Source of the DNA: an uncultured delta proteobacterium
GTDB taxonomy: Bacteria > Desulfobacterota > Binatia > Binatales > Binataceae
NCBI GenBank assembly: GCA_963794325.1
Contig: CAWCDG010000009.1
Location: forward strand, 114,076 to 178,075
Reading direction: 5' to 3'
Length of the DNA stretch: 64,000 nucleotides
The notes below the pieces were generated by a model. The model had not been told where the DNA came from. It saw only the letters and a list, made by a program, of their open reading frames with translations, and ran no database searches. A program made the position numbers and the translations under genes. Below, piece after piece: positions 38,932 through 52,097 of this stretch (its first letter is position 1; the number at the start of each line of letters is the position of its first letter).

Positions 38932-40386
38932 ATGGGTGAACCTCGGCACATTATTATCCACGGGCATTTTTATCAGCCTCCGCGCGATAGCCCGTGGACT
39001 GGTTTGATCAGCCCCGAGCATGGCGCGGCGCCGTTTCAGAATTGGAACGAGCGGATTCTCAGCGAGTGCTACACCGCCAATGCGCATGCGCACACGATGC
39101 AGGGCCCCGTCGTTCATGTTCGCAACAATTACGAGTCGACCAGCTTCGATGTCGGTCCGACGCTCGCCGGATGGCTCCAGACGCACGGCAAGACTGCGTA
39201 TCGCGCTATGATTCGTGGCGACGCGCTGTATGCCGAGGCGCATGGCGGCCATGGCAACGCGATCGCGCAATCGTACAGCCATTCGATTCTGCCGCTCCTG
39301 CCGCCCCGCGACCGCGAGTTGCAGATCGTATGGGGTATCGAGGATTTCGTTTTTCGTTTTGGTCGCAAGCCGGTCGGGATGTGGCTGCCGGAATGCGCTG
39401 CCGATGAGGATACGTTGGCGTCGGTCGCGGCGGCAGGAATCCAGTTCGTGATCCTTGCTACGGACCAGGGAAATTTTAAAGGCGCCGGCGCAGAGTCGCG
39501 AGATGCAGGACCGTTCCAATGGCGCAGCGGAGATTTGAGCCTCGCGGTATTTCGATTCGATCGCGAATTGTCCAATACAGTTTCTTTCGGCGAAGGATTG
39601 GCCGACGGCGCGCGGCTGGCGGAATGGATCGCGGTCACTGCGCTCAACCTTGAACCCGGCGCCGCGCTGATGATTGCGACCGACGGCGAGACGTTTGGCC
39701 ATCACAATAAACACGGCGCATCCGAGTTGGCGCGCGCGCTGCGTGCGCTCGAAGAACGCGACGACGTGATCGTCACGAATTGCGAGGATTACCTCGCGGC
39801 GCATCCGCCCGCGGGGTCGTTCGAGATTCCTTCGGCCACGTCGTGGAGCTGCGCGCACGGTATCGAGCGGTGGCGCTCGAACTGCGGATGCCGCAATGAG
39901 GCGGGCACGTCGCAGGAATGGCGCAAGCCGTTTCGCGAGGCGATGGATTTCGTGAAGTACCATTCCGAGGCGACCTATGACCGCTTCGCGCCGGCTCTCG
40001 TAAAAGACCCGGGCGCAATTTTGCGCGGCGCAATCCGCTTGCTGATCGATCCGAATCCCGCGGTTCACGAAGAAACCTTCAAGCGCTTCAGCGTGACCAC
40101 CGAGTACAGTCGCGAGACTCTGCTCCGGATGTTCGAAATGGTCCGCGCGGGACAGGCGGCGCTAACCAGCTGTGCGTGGTTCTTCGACGATTTCGGCGGC
40201 CTGGAAGGGCGCGTCGCACTCCGATGGGCCGCGCGCACCGTCGAGCTCGCGGCCGAGCACTCGGCGAGTGTCGAAAATGAACTGCTCGAGCGGCTGCGCG
40301 GGATCAATTCGAATCGCCGCGAAAATGGCGACGCCGCAACTCTGTACCTGAGCTTGAAAACGCGCGAAGCTCGCGGTCGCGTGTAG
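38932..40386 (+). CDS. glycoside hydrolase family 57 / DUF3536 protein
   Basis: IHGHFYQPPR, GMWLPE, ATDGETFGHH, SWSCAHGIERW, TSCAWFFDD. Confidence 0.9.
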   Translation: MGEPRHIIIHGHFYQPPRDSPWTGLISPEHGAAPFQNWNERILSECYTANAHAHTMQGPVVHVRNNYESTSFDVGPTLAGWLQTHGKTAYRAMIRGDALYAEAHGGHGNAIAQSYSHSILPLLPPRDRELQIVWGIEDFVFRFGRKPVGMWLPECAADEDTLASVAAAGIQFVILATDQGNFKGAGAESRDAGPFQWRSGDLSLAVFRFDRELSNTVSFGEGLADGARLAEWIAVTALNLEPGAALMIATDGETFGHHNKHGASELARALRALEERDDVIVTNCEDYLAAHPPAGSFEIPSATSWSCAHGIERWRSNCGCRNEAGTSQEWRKPFREAMDFVKYHSEATYDRFAPALVKDPGAILRGAIRLLIDPNPAVHEETFKRFSVTTEYSRETLLRMFEMVRAGQAALTSCAWFFDDFGGLEGRVALRWAARTVELAAEHSASVENELLERLRGINSNRRENGDAATLYLSLKTREARGRV

Positions 40387-40416
40387 TAATTCAAGGATAG
40401 GGACAGGTGCCCCGCG

Positions 40417-42375
40417 ATGGCTTCGACCGAAGCGACTCATATCGATTCGACTCTGACCGAATCCCGTAAGTTCCCGCCTCCGCCCGAGTTCAGCGAAAAG
40501 GCGTGGGTCAAAAATTTCGACGAGTATCAGGCGCTGCGCAAACGCGCTGACGAAGATCCCGACTCGTTCTGGGCCGAGTGCGCTCGCAATCTGCATTGGT
40601 TCAAGCCGTTCGGCAAAACCCTCGAGTGGGATTTCCCGAATGCAAAATGGTTCGTCGGCGGCACCATCAACGCGTCGTATAACTGCCTCGACCGCCATCT
40701 CGACACGCCGCGCCGCAACAAGGCCGCGCTGATCTGGGAAGGCGAGCCGGGCGACTCGCGCGTGCTGACCTACCAGATGCTCGCCGACGAAGTTGGCCGA
40801 TGTGCCAACGCGCTCAAGAGCCTCGGCGTCAAGGATGGCGACCGCGTCGCGATTTACATGCCGCTGGTGCCGGAGGCGGCAATCGCGATGCTCGCGTGTG
40901 CGCGAATCGGAGCGATTCACTCGGTCGTGTTCGGCGGCTTCTCGTCGGAGGCGCTGGCCGATCGGATCAACGACGCCGAAGCGAAGGTCTGTATCACCGC
41001 CGACGGCGGATGGCGTCGCGGACAGGTCGTCGAGCTCAAGCAGAATGTCGATGAAGCGCTGAAGAAGACTCCCTCGATCCAGAAAGTCCTCGTGCTCAAG
41101 CGCGTCGGCAACAAAATCGAGATGCGTAAGGGGCGCGACGTATGGTGGGACGAACTGGTCCCCGCGCAAAGCCCGAACTGCGAGGCCGCCCAGCTCGACA
41201 GCGAGCATCCGCTCTACACGCTCTACACCAGCGGCACCACCGGCAAGCCCAAGGGCGTCGTGCATACGACCGGCGGATACCTGACGCACATCCTGATGAC
41301 GATGCGCTGGGTGTTCGACCTCAAGGACGACGATATTTACTGGTGCACCGCCGATATCGGCTGGGTCACTGGTCACAGCTACACCGTGTACGGGCCGCTG
41401 GCGGCGGGCGCGACCGTCGTCATGTACGAAGGCGCGCCGAATTTTCCCGAGAACGATCGCTTCTGGAAGGTGATCGAGAAGTACAAGGTCAGCATCTTCT
41501 ACACGGCGCCTACTGCAATCCGCACCTTCATCAAATGGGGCGACTCGTGGGTCAAGAAACATGACCTGTCGAGTCTGAGATTACTCGGTTCCGTCGGCGA
41601 GCCGATCAATCCCGAAGCATGGATGTGGTATCGCAAAGTTATCGGCGGCGAGCGATGCCCGATCGTCGATACGTGGTGGCAGACCGAGACTGGCGGAATC
41701 ATGATAAGCCCGATGCCCGGCGTGACCGCCACCAAGCCCGGCTCAGCGACGTTTCCGCTGCCGGGAATCGCGGCCGACGTCGTCACGCGCGACGGCAAGA
41801 GCGTTGGCGCCAACCAGGGCGGCTTGTTGATCGTTCGCAAACCGTGGCCCGGGATGCTGCGGACGATTTACCGCGACCCCGATCGCTACAAGACTAATTA
41901 CTTCTCGCAAATCGACGACGCATATTTCACCGGCGACGGCGCGCGCCGCGACCAGGACGGCTACTTGTGGATCATGGGGCGCGTCGACGACGTCATCAAT
42001 GTGTCGGGCCATCGCCTCGGCACGATGGAAATAGAAAGCGCGCTGGTCTCGCACAAGACCGTCGCGGAAGCAGCGTGCGTCGGCCGTCCCGACGACATGA
42101 AAGGGCAGGCGGTGGTCGCATTCGTAACGCTCGAAGGCGGCCGCAAAGGCGACGACAAACTGCGCGACGAACTACGCGCCCACGTAGTGAAGGAAATCGG
42201 CGCACTCGCGCGTCCCGACGACATAAGATTCACCGAAGCCCTCCCCAAAACCCGCAGCGGGAAGATAATGCGCCGGTTGTTGCGGCAGATCGCGTCGGGC
42301 GACGAGACGTTAGGCGATACAACGACACTGGAGGACCTGTCGGTACTCTCGAAACTCCGCGACGACGACGACTAA
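40417..42375 (+). CDS. acs: acetate--CoA ligase
   Basis: [48 protein letters not shown]. Confidence 0.96.
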   Translation: MASTEATHIDSTLTESRKFPPPPEFSEKAWVKNFDEYQALRKRADEDPDSFWAECARNLHWFKPFGKTLEWDFPNAKWFVGGTINASYNCLDRHLDTPRRNKAALIWEGEPGDSRVLTYQMLADEVGRCANALKSLGVKDGDRVAIYMPLVPEAAIAMLACARIGAIHSVVFGGFSSEALADRINDAEAKVCITADGGWRRGQVVELKQNVDEALKKTPSIQKVLVLKRVGNKIEMRKGRDVWWDELVPAQSPNCEAAQLDSEHPLYTLYTSGTTGKPKGVVHTTGGYLTHILMTMRWVFDLKDDDIYWCTADIGWVTGHSYTVYGPLAAGATVVMYEGAPNFPENDRFWKVIEKYKVSIFYTAPTAIRTFIKWGDSWVKKHDLSSLRLLGSVGEPINPEAWMWYRKVIGGERCPIVDTWWQTETGGIMISPMPGVTATKPGSATFPLPGIAADVVTRDGKSVGANQGGLLIVRKPWPGMLRTIYRDPDRYKTNYFSQIDDAYFTGDGARRDQDGYLWIMGRVDDVINVSGHRLGTMEIESALVSHKTVAEAACVGRPDDMKGQAVVAFVTLEGGRKGDDKLRDELRAHVVKEIGALARPDDIRFTEALPKTRSGKIMRRLLRQIASGDETLGDTTTLEDLSVLSKLRDDDD

Positions 42376-42420
42376 GGTACTAGTCCAATCTGAAACCAGC
42401 GCGGCGTTGTCCTGATCCTT

Positions 42421-43028
42421 AACCTCTCCTTGTCCGAGGAGAGGTCGCCGCGAGCCGAAGGCCGCGGCGGGAGTGGTGCATCGCACGACACAACACAGTG
42501 CCGATTTCTTCTTGTCGCAGCCCTTGGTACTGGGGCGCTCGCCGGCGTAAGCTATGAGTCAATCGAGCGACACAAAATGTGAAGGCAATCTCACTTCAGC
42601 ACCATCGCGCCCGCCGATTACGGCGCGATCAGACGGACGCAGAAAAGAAGCTGTGGGCGCGGCTTCGAGCGGGAAGATTCGGCGGGTTCCGATTCAGGCG
42701 GCAATTCCCGATCGGGAACTTCATTGCGGACTTCGCATGTCCTCGCGCGAGACTCGTCGTTGAGCTCGACGGCGGTCAACATCTTGAGCAGGCAGCAAAA
42801 GATGCGTGGCGAACCAGGCTAATCGAGCAGCGCGGCTACAGAGTAATTCGCTTCTGGGACGGCGAGGTTCTCACCGCGATTGACGGTGTTCTGCAGATGA
42901 TCGAGCAAGCGCTCCGCGAGAGCAATCGTGTGTAAGAGATGAAAACGTGCTGCGGTGTGTCAGGCGTTGCACCACTCCCGGATCGCTCCTTTGGCGCGCT
43001 CCGACCTCTCCTCGGACAAGGAGAGGTT
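42421..43028. mobile_element. candidate element: DUF559 gene between ~78-bp REP-like inverted repeats
   Basis: 42421-42498 and the reverse complement of 42950-43028 share a 27-nt perfect outer match (aacctctccttgtccgaggagaggtcg) plus cgggagtggtgca.cgc..gacaca. Confidence 0.7.
42579..42935 (+). CDS. DUF559 / Vsr-like endonuclease domain protein
   Basis: ARRLRRDQTDAEKKLWARLR, FRRQFPIG.FIADF, LVVELDGGQH, GYRVIRFW. Confidence 0.92.
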   Translation: MKAISLQHHRARRLRRDQTDAEKKLWARLRAGRFGGFRFRRQFPIGNFIADFACPRARLVVELDGGQHLEQAAKDAWRTRLIEQRGYRVIRFWDGEVLTAIDGVLQMIEQALRESNRV

Positions 43029-43062
43029 ATAAGAAAAGCACTTGCCTTTGAGCAACTGATAC

Positions 43063-44350
43063 TCAGTTAGTATGCAATTGACTAACTACTTCGACCACCC
43101 TCGCAGGATCGACAATGACTATTGCTACCGCGCCCACTGCGAACATGACTACGAACCCCGCCATCAACCGCAGATAGAATGCCGGCTGATGGCTGGTCCG
43201 CGCGATCGCCGACTTGAAAATCGCGTTGACACCCGCCGCCAGGGTCAGCCCGATTACCGCGTCGCGCGCCGCGCTGGTCCCCGCCTGCACGAAACCCGCC
43301 AGAGTCAGCGAGATCGCGTCGACGTCGACCAACCCGCTGATTGCGGAAACCACCATCTGACCGTTGTATCCTGCATAATGTTTGGCGACGCGGGTAATCA
43401 GCAACACCAGAGTGAATATGACGCCGAACTGGAGCGCCGGGCGGATAGAAAACGGGTTACGGAAAGTGGACTCCGCAACTGCGCTATGTTGCTTCGACTT
43501 TGCCGGCGCGCGCGTGAGCAACAATGCCGCCGCGAACCCCGCGAGCATCATCGCGGCGAACGCCGGGCTCGCGGCTATCGCGAGCGTCGGGCTGACCACC
43601 GCGACCAGCAGGAGCATCCGCGGAAACAGGATCGAATTGGCTATCACCGCATAGCGGGCTGACGATACCGCGGACTCCGGAGTATCTGCCACGACTTGCG
43701 AAATACCTGTCGTATAGGCAGTCGTCGAGGCGATAGCACCGACTATTGCAGTGAGTAATGCGCCCCGTTCGACTGCCGGTAAACTTGGTAAGGAAGTAAC
43801 CTACGTACGATACTCCGGAAACTAGTATTACGAATAGCCAGATCTTGCGCGGCTCGAAGAATTCAAAGGGTCCGTAACTGCCGGTCGGCAGCAGTGGGTA
43901 GATTATGAAAATCAGCGCGAGAAAACTCAGCGTGTCGATAAATTCGCGGTCGGAGATCGCGTCGCGCACAAAATGGCGGAGCTGATCGCGCTCGGCAAGA
44001 ATCGCCGCGAGCACGATTCCGAGTCCCGCGCCGAACTGGCGATCCGAGGTCAGGCACAGCGCACCCAGCACGAAGGTCGCGACCGCGGCGAGCTCGGTGG
44101 TGATTCCGTTGCGCTCAGGATGCTGTACGCGCATCACGAGGATCGCCCCAATGGTGCCGGCGAACAATGCGATCGCGATCGCCGCGTTGCCCAAGTGTCC
44201 CGCGACCGCTCCGAGTAGCGCGATTATCAGGAAATCCCGCATCCCCGGGCGCGGCGGACTTTTAGGTTCGGGTTCCCGCGTCCGGCCGACCAGGAATCCG
44301 ATCGTCAGCGCCAGAACGAATCCCACGGCGGGGCCAGTCAGCTCGGGCAT
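43063..44350 (-). pseudogene. MgtC/SapB-DUF4010 membrane protein, frameshifted near 43774
   Basis: N-terminal half (GMRDF, GITTELAA, IIYPLLP, VSGVSYVGY) continues in a shifted frame as ERGALLTAIVGAIASTTA...SGLVDVDAI; may be a sequencing error. Confidence 0.75.
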
Positions 44351-44399
44351 CGAGAGCGCAATGCTAGCCGAATGTGGGCGAAATTGCTTGCCGGAATTT

Positions 44400-44484
44400 A
44401 CCTCTCCCCGCCGCTGGCGACTACGTCGCTAGCGGCAAACCGGGAGAGGTCGTCTGACGACGTGAGTCGTCGGACGGGTGAGGG
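44400..44484. repeat. REP-like element with nested hairpins
   Basis: cctctccc-[gccgctggcgac tac gtcgctagcggc]-gggagaggtcg-[tctgacgac gtga gtcgtcgga]-cgggtgaggg; same architecture as the DUF559 flanks. Confidence 0.8.
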
Positions 44485-44537
44485 CGTTGGACCCGCCTTG
44501 CTGACACCTTGTCCGCGGTGGTATCTTTCACGGTTGG

Positions 44538-44561
44538 AAGTGGGCGCGTGCCCACTTTTTT
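44538..44561 (+). promoter_or_regulatory. rimP leader terminator-like hairpin
   Basis: aagtgggc-gcgt-gcccactt-tttt, ~70 nt before rimP and just after an extended -10-like TGgTATCTT. Confidence 0.6.
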
Positions 44562-44633
44562 GTTGGTGTCGCAAAAAGGGTTTCGTGACATACGCCGGGC
44601 TGACGGCTTTAGCAAGCGAAGTGGTGAGAGCAG

Positions 44634-45119
44634 ATGACCGCCCTGACGCTTCATCCGACCGCCGAAAAAGTGGTCGCGCTGCTTGAGCCGCATATCGAAC
44701 GCCAGGGTTACGAGCTGGTTTCGGTGGATTTTCGCAAAGGCACGCGGAACTCGCTGCTGAGGCTGCTGGTCGATAAGCCGGGCGGCGGAATTGCGCTGAG
44801 CGACTTGGAGAAGTTGAGCCCGACGCTGGGCGATTTGCTCGATGTGTATGACCCGGTCGAGGGCCGTTACACGCTGGAAGTTGCGTCGCCGGGAATCAAC
44901 CGGCCGTTGCGCAAGCTCGAGCATTTCGAGGCGGTGAAGGGCGAGCGGGTTAAGGTCCGGACGCATCATGCGCGCGACGGGCAGAAGTCGTTCGTGGGTA
45001 AGTTGGTGAGCGTCGGTGAGAATGGGATCGAAATTGATGACGAGCCGAGCCGTAAGCGGCAGGCGATCGGTTTCGACGAGATGAGCGGAGCGAATTACGA
45101 GTACGACTTTGACAAATAA
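44634..45119 (+). CDS. rimP: ribosome maturation factor RimP
   Basis: LRLLVDKPGG, YTLEVASPGINRPL; directly upstream of nusA. Confidence 0.95.
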   Translation: MTALTLHPTAEKVVALLEPHIERQGYELVSVDFRKGTRNSLLRLLVDKPGGGIALSDLEKLSPTLGDLLDVYDPVEGRYTLEVASPGINRPLRKLEHFEAVKGERVKVRTHHARDGQKSFVGKLVSVGENGIEIDDEPSRKRQAIGFDEMSGANYEYDFDK

Positions 45120-45161
45120 ATTTATTGGCGTGCACTTCAATGCGCGCCCCGGGGAGGCGGT

Positions 45162-46592
45162 ATGCAGGTCGATCTGAACCGGGTAATCGAGCAGGTAAGC
45201 AAGGAAAAAGGCATCGACAAGACGATCGTGATCAACGCGGTCGAGGAGATGATGCATTCGGCGGCGCGGCGTACTTTCGGGCCCGACCGCAACATCGAGT
45301 CGCGCTTCAATCCGGAGCTCGGCGAAATCGAGTTGTTCGAAATCAAGACGGTCGTCGATAAGGTCGCCAACGCGGCGGCCGAGGCCGACGTCACCGAGGC
45401 GCGCGCCAAATACGATCCCGAAGCGGAAGTCGGCGACGAGATTCTGATCAAGCTCGACACCGCGACGATGGGCCGGATAGCGGCGCAGGCGGCCAAGCAA
45501 AATCTCATCCAGCATATTCGCGACGCCGAGCGCAAACAGATTTTCAACGAGTTCAAGGATCGCAAGCAGGAAGTCGTCTCGGGAATCGTGCAGCGCTTCG
45601 AGCGCAAGAACATGATCGTCAATCTCGGACGGACCGAGGCTATCCTGCCCGAGAAGGAGCAGATCCCGCACGAGCGCTATCGTCAGGGCGATCGCATCCG
45701 GGCGCTGATTCTGGATGTCGATCTTTCTGAAAAAGGCTTGTCGATCGTGCTCTCGCGCACCTCGAACGATTTCCTGATGAAGCTGTTCGAGCAGGAAGTG
45801 CCGGAAATTTACGAGGGCATCGTCGAGATTCGCCAAAGCGCGCGCGAGCCCGGCGGACGCGCCAAGGTCGCGGTTTACTCGAAGGATTCGGACGTCGATC
45901 CGGTCGGCGCGTGCGTCGGGATGAAGGGCACGCGCGTGCAATCCGTGGTGCAGGAGCTGCGCGGCGAGAAGATCGATATCGTGCCGTGGACCGACGACCA
46001 GGCCGAGCTGGTATGCCGCGCGTTGGCGCCGGCGAAAGTATCCAAGGTGATAATCGACGAGGACGAGCATGCGATGGAAGTGATCGTCCCCGACGATCAA
46101 CTGTCGCTCGCGATCGGCAAGCGCGGGCAGAACGTCCGCCTGGCGCATCGGCTGACCGGATGGAAGCTCGACGTGCGCAGCGAGGCGGAGGCCGAAGAAG
46201 AGGCCCGCTCTGCGCGTGCGTCGCTCAACGCGATTCCGGGAATCGGCGATATCAACGCGGAACTGCTCTACCAGTGGGGCTTCCGCTCGGCGGAGCAACT
46301 GGCGGAGGCCGACGAGACGGCGTTCGACGTCGAGGGAATCAGTGCCGAGCGCGCGAATCAGATAATCAACGCGGCGCGCGAGCACGTCGCCAATAAGAAG
46401 GTCGCTGCTGCTGAAAAGGCCGCGGCTGCGGAAGAGGCGGCCGCTGCTGCGGCATCGGCGGCGGCGGAAGCTGCGGCGCTGACAGCGGACGCGGCGGTGG
46501 CGACGGAAGCGGAAGGCGCGGAGGCAGCCGGCGAGACGATCGTCGAAGAATCGGCGCCGGCCGCGGCCACCGAAGATGCGGGAGAAAAATAG
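45162..46592 (+). CDS. nusA: transcription termination factor NusA
   Basis: GRIAAQAAKQ, AREPGGRAKVAV, DPVGACVGMKG, LSLAIGKRGQNVRLA; Ala/Glu-rich tail. Confidence 0.97.
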   Translation: MQVDLNRVIEQVSKEKGIDKTIVINAVEEMMHSAARRTFGPDRNIESRFNPELGEIELFEIKTVVDKVANAAAEADVTEARAKYDPEAEVGDEILIKLDTATMGRIAAQAAKQNLIQHIRDAERKQIFNEFKDRKQEVVSGIVQRFERKNMIVNLGRTEAILPEKEQIPHERYRQGDRIRALILDVDLSEKGLSIVLSRTSNDFLMKLFEQEVPEIYEGIVEIRQSAREPGGRAKVAVYSKDSDVDPVGACVGMKGTRVQSVVQELRGEKIDIVPWTDDQAELVCRALAPAKVSKVIIDEDEHAMEVIVPDDQLSLAIGKRGQNVRLAHRLTGWKLDVRSEAEAEEEARSARASLNAIPGIGDINAELLYQWGFRSAEQLAEADETAFDVEGISAERANQIINAAREHVANKKVAAAEKAAAAEEAAAAAASAAAEAAALTADAAVATEAEGAEAAGETIVEESAPAAATEDAGEK

Positions 46593-46877
46593 CTGACTAA
46601 ATCGCCCGAGCGCACGTGCATCGGATGCATGAAGCGTGACGCGAAGGCGTCGATGGTAAGAATTGCAGTCGTCAATGATCATGTCGAAGTGGATTTCGAA
46701 GCGAGAAGGGCAGGGCGCGGCGGATATCTGCATCCGGCGCTTGAATGCATCGAGCGGTTCGTCGTCTCAAAAGTTAAGGTATTTCGCTCGCTCCGGCGGA
46801 AAATTGAACGTCCCGAGCGTGACAAAATAGCGGCGGCAATAAAACTCCGACTGGATAGAAGCTCAAAGGACGAATAG
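46593..46877 (+). CDS. ylxR: YlxR/DUF448 family protein
   Basis: Extending the 46629 ORF to CTG 46593 gives PERTCIGC...GRGGYLH...C; lies between nusA and infB. Confidence 0.8.
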   Translation: MTKSPERTCIGCMKRDAKASMVRIAVVNDHVEVDFEARRAGRGGYLHPALECIERFVVSKVKVFRSLRRKIERPERDKIAAAIKLRLDRSSKDE

Positions 46878-46887
46878 TATAACTCGG

Positions 46888-49815
<2,928 letters not shown>

Positions 49816-49875
49816 ACCAGGAGTGAGTTGGACGTTCCGGGCGCGCGGGCTGCGCGTTGGCGGAGGGGGCGTATT

Positions 49876-50163
49876 ATGGTCATCGGCATCATGCGACTGA
49901 CCCTGTTTCTGCCGGAGAATCATTCGCTCAAGGGCAAGCGGCAAGTGCTGCGCGCGATCAAGGATCGCGTCCGCAACAAGTTCAATGTCTCGATCGCCGA
50001 GTCCGACAATCACGACATGTGGCAGCGCGCCGAGTTGGGCATCGCCCAAGTCGGCAGCGATCGCGCGTTTGTGGATAAGGCGCTCCGCGAGGTCGTGAAC
50101 TTTATCGATTCGTTGGCGCTGGTCCCGCTCGGCGAAGAGAAGCTCGAAATTATCAACTACTGA
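49876..50163 (+). CDS. DUF503 (YlxP) family protein
   Basis: HSLKGKRQVL...KFNVSIAE...D.WQRAELG; ggaggggg RBS. Confidence 0.88.
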   Translation: MVIGIMRLTLFLPENHSLKGKRQVLRAIKDRVRNKFNVSIAESDNHDMWQRAELGIAQVGSDRAFVDKALREVVNFIDSLALVPLGEEKLEIINY

Positions 50164-50185
50164 CGCCGGTCAAGAGTGAAAAACA

Positions 50186-50536
50186 TTGCCTGAAGGCCGA
50201 AGACCCGAGCGCGTAGCCGAAGCCGTCCTGAGAGAACTCTCAGCCCTGCTGGTGCGCGATTTGCGCGACCCGCGCCTGCGCGGAATAACGCTGACCTACG
50301 TCAAGATGGACGACGACCTCCGCCACGGCCACGTCTACTTCTCGCACCTCGAAGGCAGTGTCCGCGCCCCCGCTGCAATCGCCGGCTTCAAAAGCGCCAG
50401 CGGCTTCATCCGCCGCGAAATCGGCAAGTCGCTGGGCCTTCGATACACCCCCGAACTGGATTTCGATTTCGACCCCGCCCTGGAACGCGCCGCCCGCATC
50501 GACGCACTGCTAAAGCAATCGGCGCCAAAGGATTGA
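50186..50536 (+). CDS. rbfA: ribosome-binding factor A
   Basis: RPERVAE, DLRDPRL, ASGFIRREIG..LGLRYTPELDF. Confidence 0.93.
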   Translation: MPEGRRPERVAEAVLRELSALLVRDLRDPRLRGITLTYVKMDDDLRHGHVYFSHLEGSVRAPAAIAGFKSASGFIRREIGKSLGLRYTPELDFDFDPALERAARIDALLKQSAPKD

Positions 50537-50610
50537 GAAAAGTCTCGCTTCCCTTCCGCGTTCCGACATGAAGGACGGTATCTACCTCACTCGAGTGGAA
50601 ACGAAATCCA

Positions 50611-50649
50611 GTTCTTCGCCTCCTCCGACGAAAGGAGGAGGCGAAGAAC
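50611..50649. terminator. 16-bp perfect hairpin between convergent rbfA and ndh (REP-like)
   Basis: gttcttcgcctcctcc-gacgaaa-ggaggaggcgaagaac. Confidence 0.6.
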
Positions 50650-50691
50650 GTCGCTACGCTCAGAGACGGAAAATGCCGATCGCGCGCACGA

Positions 50692-52014
50692 TCACTTCGA
50701 CAGCATCCGATCGCGATTCTCGATTTTCTCGCCGCGCTCCAGCAGCGGCTCGACATCGCCGGTGATCAGTCGCGCCCCTCGATCGTCGCGGATGTAGGTC
50801 CAGGCCCATTCGACGATCACGATGAACCGGTTACGGAATCCGATCAGAAAGAAAATGTGGACGAACAACCACATCAGCCATGCGACGAGGCCGCTGAGAT
50901 GCAGCCCTGCGATGTCGGCGACCGCGGCCGCCTTGCCAATCGTCGCGAGCGTTCCCTTGTCGCGATAATGAAAGGGCAGTGTCGCCTCGCCGCGCATCAG
51001 GCGCACGATGTTCTTCGCCGCATGCCGCCCTTCCTGTATCGCGGCCGGCGATAGGCCGGGAACCGGCTTGCCGTCCGATTTGATCGATGCGAGGTCGCCT
51101 ATTACGAACACGCCGTCGCAGCCTGGCACTGAAAGATCCTGATTCACCATCACGCGCCCCGCGCGATCCAGCGTCGCATTCGTCGTGGCGGCGATTGCTT
51201 TGCCCAATGGCGACGCGGCCACGCCCGCGGCCCAGATGGCGGTGCGCGATTCGAGCCGTATCCCAGCGTGGGTGACCCCGCGATCATCGACCGCAGTCAC
51301 CGGAGAGTCCGTTATTATCTCGACCCCCAGCCGCTTCAGTTGCAGCGCCGCGCTCGCCGACGATTCGGGAGACATCGCAGGCAACAGCTTCGGCCCCGCC
51401 TCGATCAGCACGATTCGCGCCTTGCTCGGATCGATTCTGCGAAAATCGCGTTCGAGCACCCGCCGCGAAATCTCTGCGAGCGCTCCCGCCATTTCGACCC
51501 CGGTTGGCCCGCCGCCGATTATCACGAACGTCATCCAGTTCGCGATTTCCTGTTCGTCGATTTCGCGCTCGGCCGCTTCATACGCGACCAGCACGCGACG
51601 GCGAATCTCGACCGCATCCTCGAGGGTCTTCAAACCCGGCGCCGGCTCGAGCCATTCGTCGTGCCCGAAATACGAATGCGTCGCGCCGGTCGCGACGATT
51701 AGATAGTCGTACGCCACTTCGCCGTCGAGCAGATGCACGATCTTTTGCCGCGTATCGATCGACGACGCCTCGCCAAGAATCACGCTCGCATTGCGCTGGC
51801 CGCGCAGAATCCGCCGTATCGGCGACGCGATGTCGCTTGGATTCAGTGCGGCCGTCGCGACCTGGTACAGCAGCGGTTGAAACAGATGATGGTTGCGGCG
51901 GTCGATCATCGTCAGCCGCACCGGCGCGCGCTTGAACTCTCGCGCGGCAGTGATCCCGCCGAATCCTCCGCCGATTATCACGACATGTTTTGCAGCCGAT
52001 GACGCAGATTCCAT
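50692..52014 (-). CDS. ndh: type II NADH dehydrogenase-like FAD oxidoreductase
   Basis: VIIGGGFGG, HLFQPLLYQVATA, IGGGPTGVEMAG, FVIGD, F.YRDKGTLATIG. Confidence 0.9.
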   Translation of the reverse strand: MESASSAAKHVVIIGGGFGGITAAREFKRAPVRLTMIDRRNHHLFQPLLYQVATAALNPSDIASPIRRILRGQRNASVILGEASSIDTRQKIVHLLDGEVAYDYLIVATGATHSYFGHDEWLEPAPGLKTLEDAVEIRRRVLVAYEAAEREIDEQEIANWMTFVIIGGGPTGVEMAGALAEISRRVLERDFRRIDPSKARIVLIEAGPKLLPAMSPESSASAALQLKRLGVEIITDSPVTAVDDRGVTHAGIRLESRTAIWAAGVAASPLGKAIAATTNATLDRAGRVMVNQDLSVPGCDGVFVIGDLASIKSDGKPVPGLSPAAIQEGRHAAKNIVRLMRGEATLPFHYRDKGTLATIGKAAAVADIAGLHLSGLVAWLMWLFVHIFFLIGFRNRFIVIVEWAWTYIRDDRGARLITGDVEPLLERGEKIENRDRMLSK

Positions 52015-52097
52015 TACGCGATCGTATCGCTGTCATATAGATGGAGCGAATCCCCTTATCCACCGCGCTGCTAACGGATAAGCTGATGACTCTTCCC

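Noticed and set aside
43765-43780. Recoding site in the DUF4010 gene
   Set aside because: One-base insertion with no recoding signals; error or recent inactivation cannot be separated here
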